Positions 6,408-14,164 of a DNA stretch of 14,164 nucleotides are shown one piece after another. Position 1 is the stretch's first letter. Each line of letters starts with the position of its first letter. The position numbers and the translations under genes were made by a program. Location of the stretch: assembly GCA_026387845.1 (NCBI GenBank), contig JAPLKX010000558.1:1-14164 (forward strand), written 5' to 3'. The notes under the pieces are model-generated. The model was given only the letters and a program-made list of their open reading frames with translations. It ran no database searches and was not told the origin of the DNA. This stretch comes from Candidatus Hydrogenedentota bacterium. GTDB taxonomy: Bacteria > Hydrogenedentota > Hydrogenedentia > Hydrogenedentales > SLHB01.

Positions 6408-7949
6408 TCAGTTCGACTCGGTTTTGATGGCGCATTGAGGCAGTGCTTTCTTGAGTCTCGTCAAACCGGTATTTGAAATTTTGGACTCTATAAGATCCAA
6501 TTGCTTAAGGGAACGAAGAGATTCGAGATGGACAAGGCCCGCGTCCGTTATCGCATGACCTCCCAAGGCGAGCGTCTTCAGCCGGGTCAGGTTCTTGAGA
6601 TGGGCCAGCCCGGCATCTGCGACGCCATTCCCCACAATGGTAAGCTCCTCCAACGAGACAATTTTTCCGATGTCGGCCATCACCGCATCGCCCAGGGCAT
6701 ACTCTTGCCCGTAAGCATCTCCCAACTTCAAAGAACGAAGCGAAGGCAAGGAAGCGAGCGGCTCGAGCATATTTGGTTTTACTTCTATGCCCCCCATGCC
6801 CAGTTCCTGAACTGATTTCATGGTTGCGAAGTGCTTGAACGTTGTGTCGTCGGCGAAGGAACAATGGATCATCAAGGATTTGAGTGTGGACAGGCCGGCC
6901 AGAGGTTCAGCGCGATCCGCGGTCAAATCGAATCCAGCGAGGTCTAGTGATTCCAAGTTTCTCAGATTGGCGAGTTGAGCGATTCCGGAAGCCGTAATAT
7001 TGGGGCTTTTCTCCCAGATATAGCCCAATTGCAAGCGTTTGAGTTGAACGAGTTTTCCAATCTGAACCAACCGTTCGTCATTAATTAGGCCTTGTCCCCC
7101 AATGTGCAACTCTTCCAGGTTGGGAAGTGAAGCGAGTTGGCCAAGGGTGGCAGCTTGAAAACTACTGTTAGAGAGATTCAACTCTTTGAGTGACTCGAGC
7201 GCTGCCCAGTTCACCGTATCTGCGCTTACACCCTTGGACTGTGAGAAATCCAGCGTTGGAAGGCGTTTCAGCTTTGTCCAGTCGATACCATCCAGGGGGC
7301 CCGTGATATCCAGAATGACGTTCGCATCTCGCGGAACACTAATGCTGCCCTGGGCATCCAGCCTTTGTACGTTTTGCTTGTCTTTGTCGGAGAGAAATAC
7401 GTATCCGATGGAGTGGTCTGCCGGGAATTCGAGCATGTATTCGCCTTGGTTCTGCCCGGCACCTGGTGGTTGTGCCGGCTGCGGCGATGAAGGCGGAGCT
7501 GGAGATTTCTGAGGGGGAACACTCGCAGGGGCCGGCTCTCTTGTGGGTGCCGATGACGGTTTGGATTCACGCGAAGTGACGTAATAGATCCCGCCCGCCA
7601 CAATGACTAATGCCGCCACAGCAGCGGCGGCAAACGTCTTGGTTCGTCTTGTTCCCACAAGGCCGGCGCTGCCCCGCTGGCTAGTCGAGGCCGGCTGCCG
7701 TAACGCGATCTTGCCCTTGAGCACTTCTCCGCGGGGATCGCCCAGGCGTGTCAACGTGTCACAGAGGTTTGCCGCTTCGATCAACCTGCTCAACTCGGCT
7801 AATGACAGGGCTCGCGCGTAAACAACCTCCGCATTGTTTGGAAAAGCGGCGGACAATCCGTCCAGAACGGCCAATGCGTCTGCGAATTTGCCGTCACGAT
7901 ACAACTGGCCCGCCTGTTGAAACTTCTGCTGTGCTTCGCCCGTATTCAT
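6408..7949 (-). CDS. Single-pass membrane protein with a cytoplasmic TPR-like N-terminal domain, a TM helix, a Pro-rich linker and a periplasmic leucine-rich-repeat (RNI-like LRR) domain
   Basis: 513 aa. The N-terminus is helical-repeat/TPR-like (QQAGQLYRDGKFADALAVLDGLSAAFPNNAEVVYARALSLAEL). The TM segment is AAAAVAALVIVAGGIYYV, with RRTK before it. The linker is PSSAPTREPAPASVPPQKSPAPPSSPQPAQPPGAG. There follow about 10 LRR units (LxxLxxLxLxx.. such as LKELNLSNSSF, LPNLEELHIGGQGL, LRNLESLDLAGFDL, LKNLTRLKTLALGGHAITDAGLVHLESLRSLKQLDL). A strong GGGGAGGGG SD lies 5-7 nt upstream of ATG 7949. Confidence 0.8.
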   Translation of the reverse strand: MNTGEAQQKFQQAGQLYRDGKFADALAVLDGLSAAFPNNAEVVYARALSLAELSRLIEAANLCDTLTRLGDPRGEVLKGKIALRQPASTSQRGSAGLVGTRRTKTFAAAAVAALVIVAGGIYYVTSRESKPSSAPTREPAPASVPPQKSPAPPSSPQPAQPPGAGQNQGEYMLEFPADHSIGYVFLSDKDKQNVQRLDAQGSISVPRDANVILDITGPLDGIDWTKLKRLPTLDFSQSKGVSADTVNWAALESLKELNLSNSSFQAATLGQLASLPNLEELHIGGQGLINDERLVQIGKLVQLKRLQLGYIWEKSPNITASGIAQLANLRNLESLDLAGFDLTADRAEPLAGLSTLKSLMIHCSFADDTTFKHFATMKSVQELGMGGIEVKPNMLEPLASLPSLRSLKLGDAYGQEYALGDAVMADIGKIVSLEELTIVGNGVADAGLAHLKNLTRLKTLALGGHAITDAGLVHLESLRSLKQLDLIESKISNTGLTRLKKALPQCAIKTESN

Positions 7950-7982
7950 CGCAGTTCCCCTCCCCGTTAATGAGCCGCGCGG

Positions 7983-9593
7983 CTATTCTACCACGTGCTC
8001 TCCCCCGGAAGGCGAGTCAACTCCGGCTTGGGCTTTTGGACACTGCGCCGGCGTTTCGGGTGTCTGTTCAGCCTCGACTATCCAGCCGCCGCCCATCGCC
8101 TGGTAGACGCCGACCAGCGCTTGGAACAGTGCGGCGCGGGTCTGCGCGGCCGACAGCTCGGCGCCGAACAGGGTGCGTTCGGCGTCGAGCACCTCGATGT
8201 AGCTGGTGTACCCGTTGTCAAACCGTCGCCGGGCAAAATAGGCGTATTTCCGCAGCGCCTCGACCTCGCGCTCGATGGCGGCGAGTTGTTCGCGGGTGGT
8301 TCTTTGGTTGATCAGGGCGTCTTCGACTTCGCGGAACGCGGTCTGGATCGTCTGGCGGTAGGTGATGAGGGTTTCGTCGCGCACGGCGCGGGCCGACCTC
8401 ACTTGCCCCGCGATGCGCCCGCCGGTGAAGATCGGGGTCGTGACGGGCACGGCGTAATCCCAGTGTTTGTTGTCCCCCGAAAAAAGGTGTGACAACGAAT
8501 CGCTCGCCCAGCCATAGGCGCCCGTCAGCGAGATCGACGGGAAATACTGGGCCTGCGCCGCACCCACCAGCGCGTTTGCGGAGATCAGTTGGTGCTCGGC
8601 CTGCACAATGTCCGGCCGGTTTTCGAGCAGGGACGACGGCAAACCTTCTGGAACCGCCGGAAAAACGAGCTTCTCGAGCGGGGTTCCGCGCTCGATTGGG
8701 CCGGGATTGCGCCCTAACAGGACGCTGAGCGCGTTTTCCTGCTGCGCAACCGCCCGCACCAGCACCGGCACGGTGGCGAGTGCCTGTTCATACAGCGCTT
8801 TGGTTTGGCTCAACTCGAGTTCGGAGATCACGCCCGCATCGTAACGCAGCTTGAACAGGTTGTAGGACTGCTCGCGGCTGGTTGCGGTGGCAGACGCGAT
8901 TTCGAGTTGGCGGTCCAGTCCGCGAAGGTTCACATATGCGGTCGCTATCGAGGTCGCCACCGAAAGTATGACGCCGCGTTTGGCGTCTTCCGTTGCGAGC
9001 AGGTCGGCCCGGGCGGATTCCGTGGCCCGCCGTATCCGGCCCCACAGGTCGATTTGCCAACTGCCGTCCAACCCCGCCTGAAACGTGTTGGCCGGGTTCT
9101 TGATACTGGGTCCGGCGGACGCCTGCGCCGATGCCGCGCCCAAGCCCGACGATGTAAATGTCGAGGCAGGAACCCCGGTGATGAACGCCTTGATAAGCTG
9201 GAGCAGCCCCGCGGCGCTTCTTGCTTCGGTTGCGGGACTGGCCTTGGGGATAACCGGGTGCGGGGATCGTGCCCGCGCCCCGCTCGCGTTTGCGTTGATC
9301 TGCGGAAACAACTCGGACCGGGTAGTCTGCAACCGCCCAGCAAATTCCTGGATTCGCGCCGCGGCAATCAGGATGTCCTTGTTTGCTTCGAGCCCTTCGT
9401 TGATCAGGGCGTCGAGTGCGGGATCCTGGAACTGGCTCCACCACTCGGAGTTGGCGGTGTCTTTTGCGGCCTCGTCCTCGAACCGCCAGGTCTCGGGGAC
9501 GTCGATCTCGGGCCGGGTGTAGTTGCGCCCGACGAGGCATCCAGAGCAGGCCATGGCCAGGAGTATCGCCAGTGGTTTTGTCAGCCTATGCAC
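7983..9593 (-). CDS. RND efflux system outer-membrane factor lipoprotein (NodT/OprM/TolC family)
   Basis: Diagnostic OMF motifs are present: WW.QF.DP.L..LI...L..N.DL..A..R, then AGLDGSWQIDLWGRIRRA, then LS.A..LYEQ, then the second repeat LLENRPDI.QAEHQL.SANA.VG.A.AQYFPSISLTG. I place the start at GTG 9593-9591 (MHRLTKPLAILLAMACSGC, a lipoprotein-type signal), which overlaps the RND stop by 8 nt. The 62 upstream codons in the ORF track are Arg/Trp-rich and overlap the RND gene. The stop is TAG at 7985-7983. Confidence 0.9.
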   Translation of the reverse strand: MHRLTKPLAILLAMACSGCLVGRNYTRPEIDVPETWRFEDEAAKDTANSEWWSQFQDPALDALINEGLEANKDILIAAARIQEFAGRLQTTRSELFPQINANASGARARSPHPVIPKASPATEARSAAGLLQLIKAFITGVPASTFTSSGLGAASAQASAGPSIKNPANTFQAGLDGSWQIDLWGRIRRATESARADLLATEDAKRGVILSVATSIATAYVNLRGLDRQLEIASATATSREQSYNLFKLRYDAGVISELELSQTKALYEQALATVPVLVRAVAQQENALSVLLGRNPGPIERGTPLEKLVFPAVPEGLPSSLLENRPDIVQAEHQLISANALVGAAQAQYFPSISLTGAYGWASDSLSHLFSGDNKHWDYAVPVTTPIFTGGRIAGQVRSARAVRDETLITYRQTIQTAFREVEDALINQRTTREQLAAIEREVEALRKYAYFARRRFDNGYTSYIEVLDAERTLFGAELSAAQTRAALFQALVGVYQAMGGGWIVEAEQTPETPAQCPKAQAGVDSPSGGEHVVE

Positions 9594-12500
9594 GGTTTTT
9601 GCCCTCGCGCCGCGCCCCCGCCATTCGCGAAATCCAGTAGTAATTCGTGGGGATGATGAAAATGGCAATAAACGTCGCCGCCAACATGCCCCCAATGACG
9701 CCCGTGCCCATGATGCTCCGCGCGATCGCGCCCGACCCCGAGGCCAGCGCCAGCGGTATGCTTCCCACGATGAAGGCAAACGACGTCATCAGAATCGGCC
9801 TCAACCGAAGGCGCGCCCCGCCCAGCGCGGCGTCCTCGAGGCTGCTGCCGCGATCATATTCGTACCGCGCGAACTCGACGATGAGGATGGCGTTCTTTGC
9901 GGCGAGTCCAATCAGGACGATCAACGCGATCTGCGCGTAGATATTCAGCGCCAGATTCCTTATCAGGAGCGCCGCAAACGAACCAAACACCGCGATCGGC
10001 ACCGTCAGCAGCACGCTGAACGGCAACGACCAACTCTCATACAGCGCCGCCAGAATCAGAAATACAAACACCAGCGACAAACCGAAGACGGCCGACGGCG
10101 GCACACCCTGTTGCGCCAGCCGTTCCTGAAAACTGATCCCCGTGTAATCGAATCCCATCCCGGCCGGCATCGTTTGCGCGAAAACTTGTTCGAGCGCCGC
10201 CATCGCCTGCGCCGAACTGTAGCCCTCGGCGGCCGTCGCATTGATTTGCGCCGACCGGAATTGGTTGTAGCGAAGGGTGAACTCCACGCCTGTCTTTTGC
10301 TGCACCCGCGTCAGCGTGGCCAGCGGCACCCTGCCGCCGCTCGAATTGCGGACATAAAACTGCCCAAGCTGGCCCGCGGTCGTCCGAAACGGGCCTTCCG
10401 CCTCGACGTATACGCGCCACTGCCGCCCGAACTGGTTGAAATAGTTCACAAACAGCCCGCCCATGAACGCCTGAAGCGTCCCGTATACCTCCCCGAGATC
10501 CAGGCCCTCGCTCAGCGCCTTGTCGCGGTCCACCTCGACAAAATATTGGGGCACCGTTGCAAGCAGCGTAGTGCTCACGCGGGCCAGTTCGGGCCGTTGC
10601 TGAGCGGCCGCCAGAAATGTGCGGGTGTTATCCGCCAGAAACTGGATATCCTTCCCCGCGCGATCCTCGAGAATAAACGTGACTCCGCCTGCCGTCCCGA
10701 CGCCCTGGATGGCGGGGGGCGAAAACGCCAGGCCCATACCCTCCGGCACCTGCCCGAGTGAACGCATCAACCTCGCTTGGATGGCCGGGGCCTTCAAGTC
10801 CGGCGCACCGCGTTCGTCCCACGGTTTCAGGCGTATGAAGAAGAACGCGCTGTAGGTATTGCGCACCAGGCTGAGCAGGTTGAAACCGACCACGGTCGTG
10901 CAATACATCACGCCGGGCGTATCAAGGATGATTTTCTCGACCGACCGCGCGGCCTCGGCGGTCCGCTGCAACGAGGCGGCCGCAGGCAGTTGGATCACCG
11001 AGAAGAGGTAGCCCTGATCCTCTTCCGGCAAGAATCCCCCCGGCAGTTCCTTCCAAATCAAATAAGCGGCGATTACGGCCATGGCAAGTACCGCAAACCC
11101 GATGATGGCTTTGCGAATGAGCACCCTGGACAAGCTGACATAGCCGTTCGTGGCCCGTTGAAACAGCCGGTTAAACCCGCCAAAAAACCACGCCAGCACG
11201 CCGCGCCGTTCCCGCCGCGGCCGGAGCAGCAGGCCCGCCAGCGCCGGGCTCAACGACAGCGCATTGAACGCCGAGAGCAAAACCGATATGGCGATGGTCA
11301 CGGCGAACTGCGTGTACAGCCGCCCCGTGATGCCCGGAATAAATACCGTCGGAAGAAACACGGCGGCCAGCACCAGCGCTATCGCGACGACGGGGTTGGC
11401 GACCTCTTCCATGGCACGCAACGCGGCGTCTTTGGGCGCCAGCCGTTCGTCGATGTGGCGCTCGACGGCCTCGACCACGATGATCGCGTCGTCTACCACC
11501 AGGCCTATCGCCACCACCATGCCCATCAGGGCTATCGGATTGATAGAAAAATCCAGGAGCGGGAAAAAGGCAAACGTGCCGATCAGCGAGACCGGCACCG
11601 CCGCCGCCGGAATAAGCGTCGCGCGCCAGCCCTGCAAAAACACAAATACCACCAGCAACACCAGAAACAAGGCTATCAAGAGCGCCTGCGCTATCTCGCG
11701 CAAACCCGAGATCACCGGCAGCGTCGTGTCCAACGCGGTCGTATATTCCAAGTCGGACGGAAACGATTGCTTGAGGCGCGCCATTTCCTGGTTGACGGCG
11801 CTGGCCGCCTCGAGGGCGTTCGTCCCGGGCAGTTGGTACAACGCGAGGATGGCCGACGGTTTGCCGTTGAACCGCGCCACGATGTTGTAGTCCTGCGAGC
11901 CGAGTTCGATCCGGGCCACGTCGCTGAGCCGCAGCAGCGACCCGTCGGGGTTGGATCGGACGACGATGCGGCCAAACTCTTCCGCGGAGGCGAGCCGGCC
12001 CTGGGCGCTGATCGTATACGTGAACTCCTGCGGCGAGGTCAGCGGCTCCCCGCCCACCTGGCCTGCCGGATTGACGGTATTCTGTTTCTGAAGCGCGTTG
12101 ACGATCTCCGGCACGGTGACGTTCAGCTTGGCCAGCAGGTCCGGGCGCACCCAGATGCGCATCGCGTACTGGCCCGCGCCAAACACCGTTACGCTGGCTA
12201 TCCCCTTAAGCCGGGTGAGCGCGTCGTTCAGGTGGATAATCGCGTAATTGGCCAGGAACGCCGCGTCGTATGTGCCTCCCGGCGAATACAACGCAATCAG
12301 CAGGAGCGGCGTGCTCAGCGATTTCTGCACGGTAATGCCGAACGTCCGCACGTCCGCGGGCAGTTGTGATTCGGCCTGGGAAACCCTCAACTGCGACAGG
12401 ATCTGGTCCGTGTTTGGGTCGGTTTTCACGTCAAAATCCACGATGAGCCGCATCGTTCCGTTGTTCGCGTTGATTGAATACATGTAGTTCATGTTGTCCA

Positions 12501-12714
12501 CGCCGCTCATTTGCTCTTCGATCGGCGTGGCCACCGATTGCTCGACCGTCAGTGCGTCCGCCCCGACAAACGTCGCCGAGACGTTGGTCTCCGGCGGGAC
12601 GATTTTTGGATACTGCGAAATGGGAAGTTGAACCATCGAGATCAGCCCCATAATCACGATCACGATCGCTATCACGATCGCTACGATAGGCCTGCGTATG
12701 AAGAACGCCGACAC
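9586..12714 (-). CDS. RND (HAE1-family, AcrB/MexB-like) inner-membrane multidrug efflux transporter
   Basis: 1042 aa. The N-terminus is the canonical MSAFFIRRPIVAIVIAIVIVIMGLISMVQLPISQYPKIVPP. There are 12 predicted TM helices with two large periplasmic loops. Conserved TM4 and TM10 regions are present (GLVVDDAIIVVEAVERH and LIGLAAKNAILIVEFA). ATG is at 12714 and the stop is TAG at 9588-9586. Confidence 0.95.
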   Translation of the reverse strand: MSAFFIRRPIVAIVIAIVIVIMGLISMVQLPISQYPKIVPPETNVSATFVGADALTVEQSVATPIEEQMSGVDNMNYMYSINANNGTMRLIVDFDVKTDPNTDQILSQLRVSQAESQLPADVRTFGITVQKSLSTPLLLIALYSPGGTYDAAFLANYAIIHLNDALTRLKGIASVTVFGAGQYAMRIWVRPDLLAKLNVTVPEIVNALQKQNTVNPAGQVGGEPLTSPQEFTYTISAQGRLASAEEFGRIVVRSNPDGSLLRLSDVARIELGSQDYNIVARFNGKPSAILALYQLPGTNALEAASAVNQEMARLKQSFPSDLEYTTALDTTLPVISGLREIAQALLIALFLVLLVVFVFLQGWRATLIPAAAVPVSLIGTFAFFPLLDFSINPIALMGMVVAIGLVVDDAIIVVEAVERHIDERLAPKDAALRAMEEVANPVVAIALVLAAVFLPTVFIPGITGRLYTQFAVTIAISVLLSAFNALSLSPALAGLLLRPRRERRGVLAWFFGGFNRLFQRATNGYVSLSRVLIRKAIIGFAVLAMAVIAAYLIWKELPGGFLPEEDQGYLFSVIQLPAAASLQRTAEAARSVEKIILDTPGVMYCTTVVGFNLLSLVRNTYSAFFFIRLKPWDERGAPDLKAPAIQARLMRSLGQVPEGMGLAFSPPAIQGVGTAGGVTFILEDRAGKDIQFLADNTRTFLAAAQQRPELARVSTTLLATVPQYFVEVDRDKALSEGLDLGEVYGTLQAFMGGLFVNYFNQFGRQWRVYVEAEGPFRTTAGQLGQFYVRNSSGGRVPLATLTRVQQKTGVEFTLRYNQFRSAQINATAAEGYSSAQAMAALEQVFAQTMPAGMGFDYTGISFQERLAQQGVPPSAVFGLSLVFVFLILAALYESWSLPFSVLLTVPIAVFGSFAALLIRNLALNIYAQIALIVLIGLAAKNAILIVEFARYEYDRGSSLEDAALGGARLRLRPILMTSFAFIVGSIPLALASGSGAIARSIMGTGVIGGMLAATFIAIFIIPTNYYWISRMAGARREGKNRA

Positions 12715-12718
12715 GCCG

Positions 12719-14041
12719 CTACCTGCCCGTCGAATCCGCCGGCGAAACCGGCTGCGGCCGGGCCCCGGACTGGGTGGTTTCTTGGGTTTCTTGCCCCGCC
12801 GTGCCGGTATCAGGCGCCGGATTCACTAACATGCCTTGCCTGACTTTTTCAGTGCCATCGGAAACAACCCGCTCGCCTGCTGAAAGCCCCTGCTCGACCA
12901 CCCAGTACGTGCCTGCCTGCACGCTGGTTTTTACCGGCCGCATCTCGACGGTGTTGTCCGCCCCGACTACGGCCACTTGCCGAAGACCCTGCAGTTCCGT
13001 CACGGCCCGTTGCGGAACCAGCAGCGCCCCTTTTTGCTGCTCAACGGCCCGCACCCGGGCAAACTGGCCCGGCCTCAGGACATTCCCCGGGTTTGGAAAA
13101 ATGAGTTCGACGCGCAGCGTGCCCGTCGTGAGGTCGACCTGCCGATCCATGGCGTAGAACGTCCCCGCCTGCGGGAAAACGGACCCGTCGGCCAGAATCA
13201 ACTGGTGCTCGACCGCCAGGCCATGTTCAATAATGCCGGTTTCACTGGCGTACTTCTTGATCGTCTCGATATAGTCCTGCTCGCTCATTCCGAAATACAC
13301 CAGGATGGGATCCACTGTCGACACCGTGGTAAGCGGGCCCGTCTGCGCCGGCCCAACCAGATCGCCGATCTGCCCCGTCGCGATCCCCGCTATCCCGTCG
13401 ACCGGCGAGGTTATTTTCGTGAAACTCAAATCCAACTCGGCCCGTTCCAACGCCGCACGGGCCGCCGCTACCGCCGCCTCCGCCGCCCCCGACGAAGCCT
13501 GGGCGCCAACCACGTCGGCCTGCGCCGACCGTTCCGCACCCAGCGCGTTGTCCAGATCCATCTGGCTTATCGCGTGCTCCTCCGCGAGCGGCTTTACCCG
13601 GGCCAAGTTGGTTTGCGCGATGAAATGCTGGGCCTTGCTGTGTACCACGGCCGCTTTGGCCTGATTGAGCGCCGCCTCGCTCTGGCTCAGCGTACCTTGA
13701 GCCTGTTTCACCGCCGCCTCGAACGGCCGCGGGTCTATTTCGAACAGCAGTTGCCCCTTCCGGACAAAGTCCCCCTCCCGATAGTTCTTGGTGAGCAGAT
13801 AACCCTGGACTTGCGCGCGGATGGTTGCGTTCACCAGCCCGTCCGTGGTTGCGACCCACTCGGTGAATATCGGAATATCGCGCTGCACCACCTCGACGAC
13901 TTTCACGGTCGGAGGCGGCGGCGCCATGGGTGGCCCGGTTTTACGCCCGCAACCCACAACACCTATCGCCGCTCCAGTAACAAAGAGAAATGCGAAGGCG
14001 CCGGCGCCAAACACATGTTCCCGCGTAAGGACATTTTTCAC
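12719..14041 (-). CDS. RND efflux membrane-fusion protein (periplasmic adaptor, AcrA/MexA/HlyD family) lipoprotein
   Basis: 440 aa. The signal peptide has lipobox VVGC. The lipoyl, alpha-hairpin and beta-barrel layout is typical of MFPs (VEVVQRDIPIFTEW..TT.GLV.A...A.VQG.L....REGDFVRKGQLLFEIDPRPFEAAV.QA...L..LDL.FTKITSPVDG.....). The start is GTG at 14041-14039. The stop at 12721-12719 lies 4 nt before the RND ATG. The C-terminal tail is Thr/Gln/Pro-rich low complexity. Confidence 0.9.
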   Translation of the reverse strand: MKNVLTREHVFGAGAFAFLFVTGAAIGVVGCGRKTGPPMAPPPPTVKVVEVVQRDIPIFTEWVATTDGLVNATIRAQVQGYLLTKNYREGDFVRKGQLLFEIDPRPFEAAVKQAQGTLSQSEAALNQAKAAVVHSKAQHFIAQTNLARVKPLAEEHAISQMDLDNALGAERSAQADVVGAQASSGAAEAAVAAARAALERAELDLSFTKITSPVDGIAGIATGQIGDLVGPAQTGPLTTVSTVDPILVYFGMSEQDYIETIKKYASETGIIEHGLAVEHQLILADGSVFPQAGTFYAMDRQVDLTTGTLRVELIFPNPGNVLRPGQFARVRAVEQQKGALLVPQRAVTELQGLRQVAVVGADNTVEMRPVKTSVQAGTYWVVEQGLSAGERVVSDGTEKVRQGMLVNPAPDTGTAGQETQETTQSGARPQPVSPADSTGR

Positions 14042-14071
14042 GGCAAATTCCCGCCTGCCCGTATTCCCTCA

Positions 14072-14120
14072 GCCGGCGGCAAGCCTGCCGGCGTTAATCT
14101 TTTAACAACTAAGGAACAAC
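14072..14120. promoter_or_regulatory. Upstream leader/promoter region of the efflux operon. It contains an imperfect inverted repeat GCCGGCGG-caagc-CTGCCGGC (14072-14092) and a direct repeat AACAAC-taagg-AACAAC (14104-14120) in an AT-rich patch.
   Basis: The left arm GCCGGCGG matches the reverse complement of the right arm CTGCCGGC at 7 of 8 positions, with a 5-nt spacer. The two AACAAC copies are spaced 11 bp apart (one helical turn). Both lie 30-80 nt upstream of the MFP start at 14041 on the transcribed side. Confidence 0.35.
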
Positions 14121-14164
14121 GCCTATTCAGGCATGGTTAGCGCGATCCCACAGGCTTTGACCGC

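Noticed and set aside
6241-6438. 65-aa plus-strand ORF in the LRR-ArsM intergenic gap.
   Set aside because: It has no SD. The sequence upstream is CCTCC, which is the anti-SD complement, because it is the arsM SD on the other strand. The terminator-like hairpin falls in the middle of the ORF.
7983-9779. Longer ORF-track version of the OMF that starts 62 codons upstream, at 9779.
   Set aside because: The extra N-terminal segment (MPSSWEAYRWRWPRGRARSRG...) overlaps the 3' end of the RND gene. It is Arg/Trp-rich with no signal peptide. The GTG at 9593 yields a proper lipoprotein signal and an operon-typical stop/start overlap.
9523-12369. Long plus-strand ORFs (9523-10761, 10777-12369 and others), including one of 530 aa antisense to the RND pump gene.
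   Set aside because: They are Arg/His/Gln-rich low-complexity translations, typical of the antisense strand of a high-GC gene. They have no SD and no recognisable fold, and they lie entirely inside a well-supported AcrB-like CDS.
12977-14140. 387-aa plus-strand ORF antisense to the membrane-fusion protein gene.
   Set aside because: The same antisense, Arg-rich composition argument applies. The MFP reading frame on the minus strand has strong family signatures.
1-14164. Scanned for mobile-element or defence-island hallmarks: transposase or integrase genes, terminal inverted repeats, CRISPR repeats, toxin-antitoxin pairs, restriction-modification genes.
   Set aside because: None found. The gene content is housekeeping or envelope-related and the composition is uniform apart from short AT-rich promoter islands.

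Overview
This is a GC-rich (~62%) bacterial chromosomal window with eight complete genes and one partial gene. All but one are on the minus strand. From the high-coordinate end there is a tripartite RND efflux operon. It has a membrane-fusion lipoprotein (12719-14041), an AcrB-like RND pump (9586-12714) and a NodT/OprM-like outer-membrane factor (7983-9593). The junctions are tight: a 4-nt gap between the first two genes and an 8-nt overlap between the last two. Thirty-three nucleotides downstream, on the same strand, is a single-pass membrane protein with a cytoplasmic TPR-like N-terminus and a periplasmic leucine-rich-repeat domain (6408-7949). Further downstream on the minus strand come an ArsM-family methyltransferase lacking one canonical arsenite-binding Cys (5484-6227), a GH42-like glycosidase with a signal peptide (3284-5443), and a Cys-rich lipoprotein of unknown function (1535-3043). 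On the plus strand there is a stomatin/SPFH (band-7) membrane protein (550-1497). The 5' end of a phosphohexomutase-like gene (1-142, minus) is transcribed divergently from it. I found no transposase, integrase, CRISPR array, rRNA or credible tRNA. The protein architectures (TPR-TM-LRR, secreted GH42-like enzyme, Cys-rich lipoprotein) and the base composition are reminiscent of Planctomycetota or Verrucomicrobiota, but that is only an impression. Sequence-level signals not explained by the genes are a 9-bp-phased GTCCAC repeat cluster in the divergent promoter region, a plus-strand-oriented intrinsic-terminator-like hairpin with no plus-strand gene upstream of it, and an inverted repeat plus an AACAAC direct repeat upstream of the efflux operon. 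I see no unambiguous, fully novel system. The most interesting candidates are the LRR protein apparently coupled to the efflux operon and the uncharacterised Cys-rich lipoprotein.
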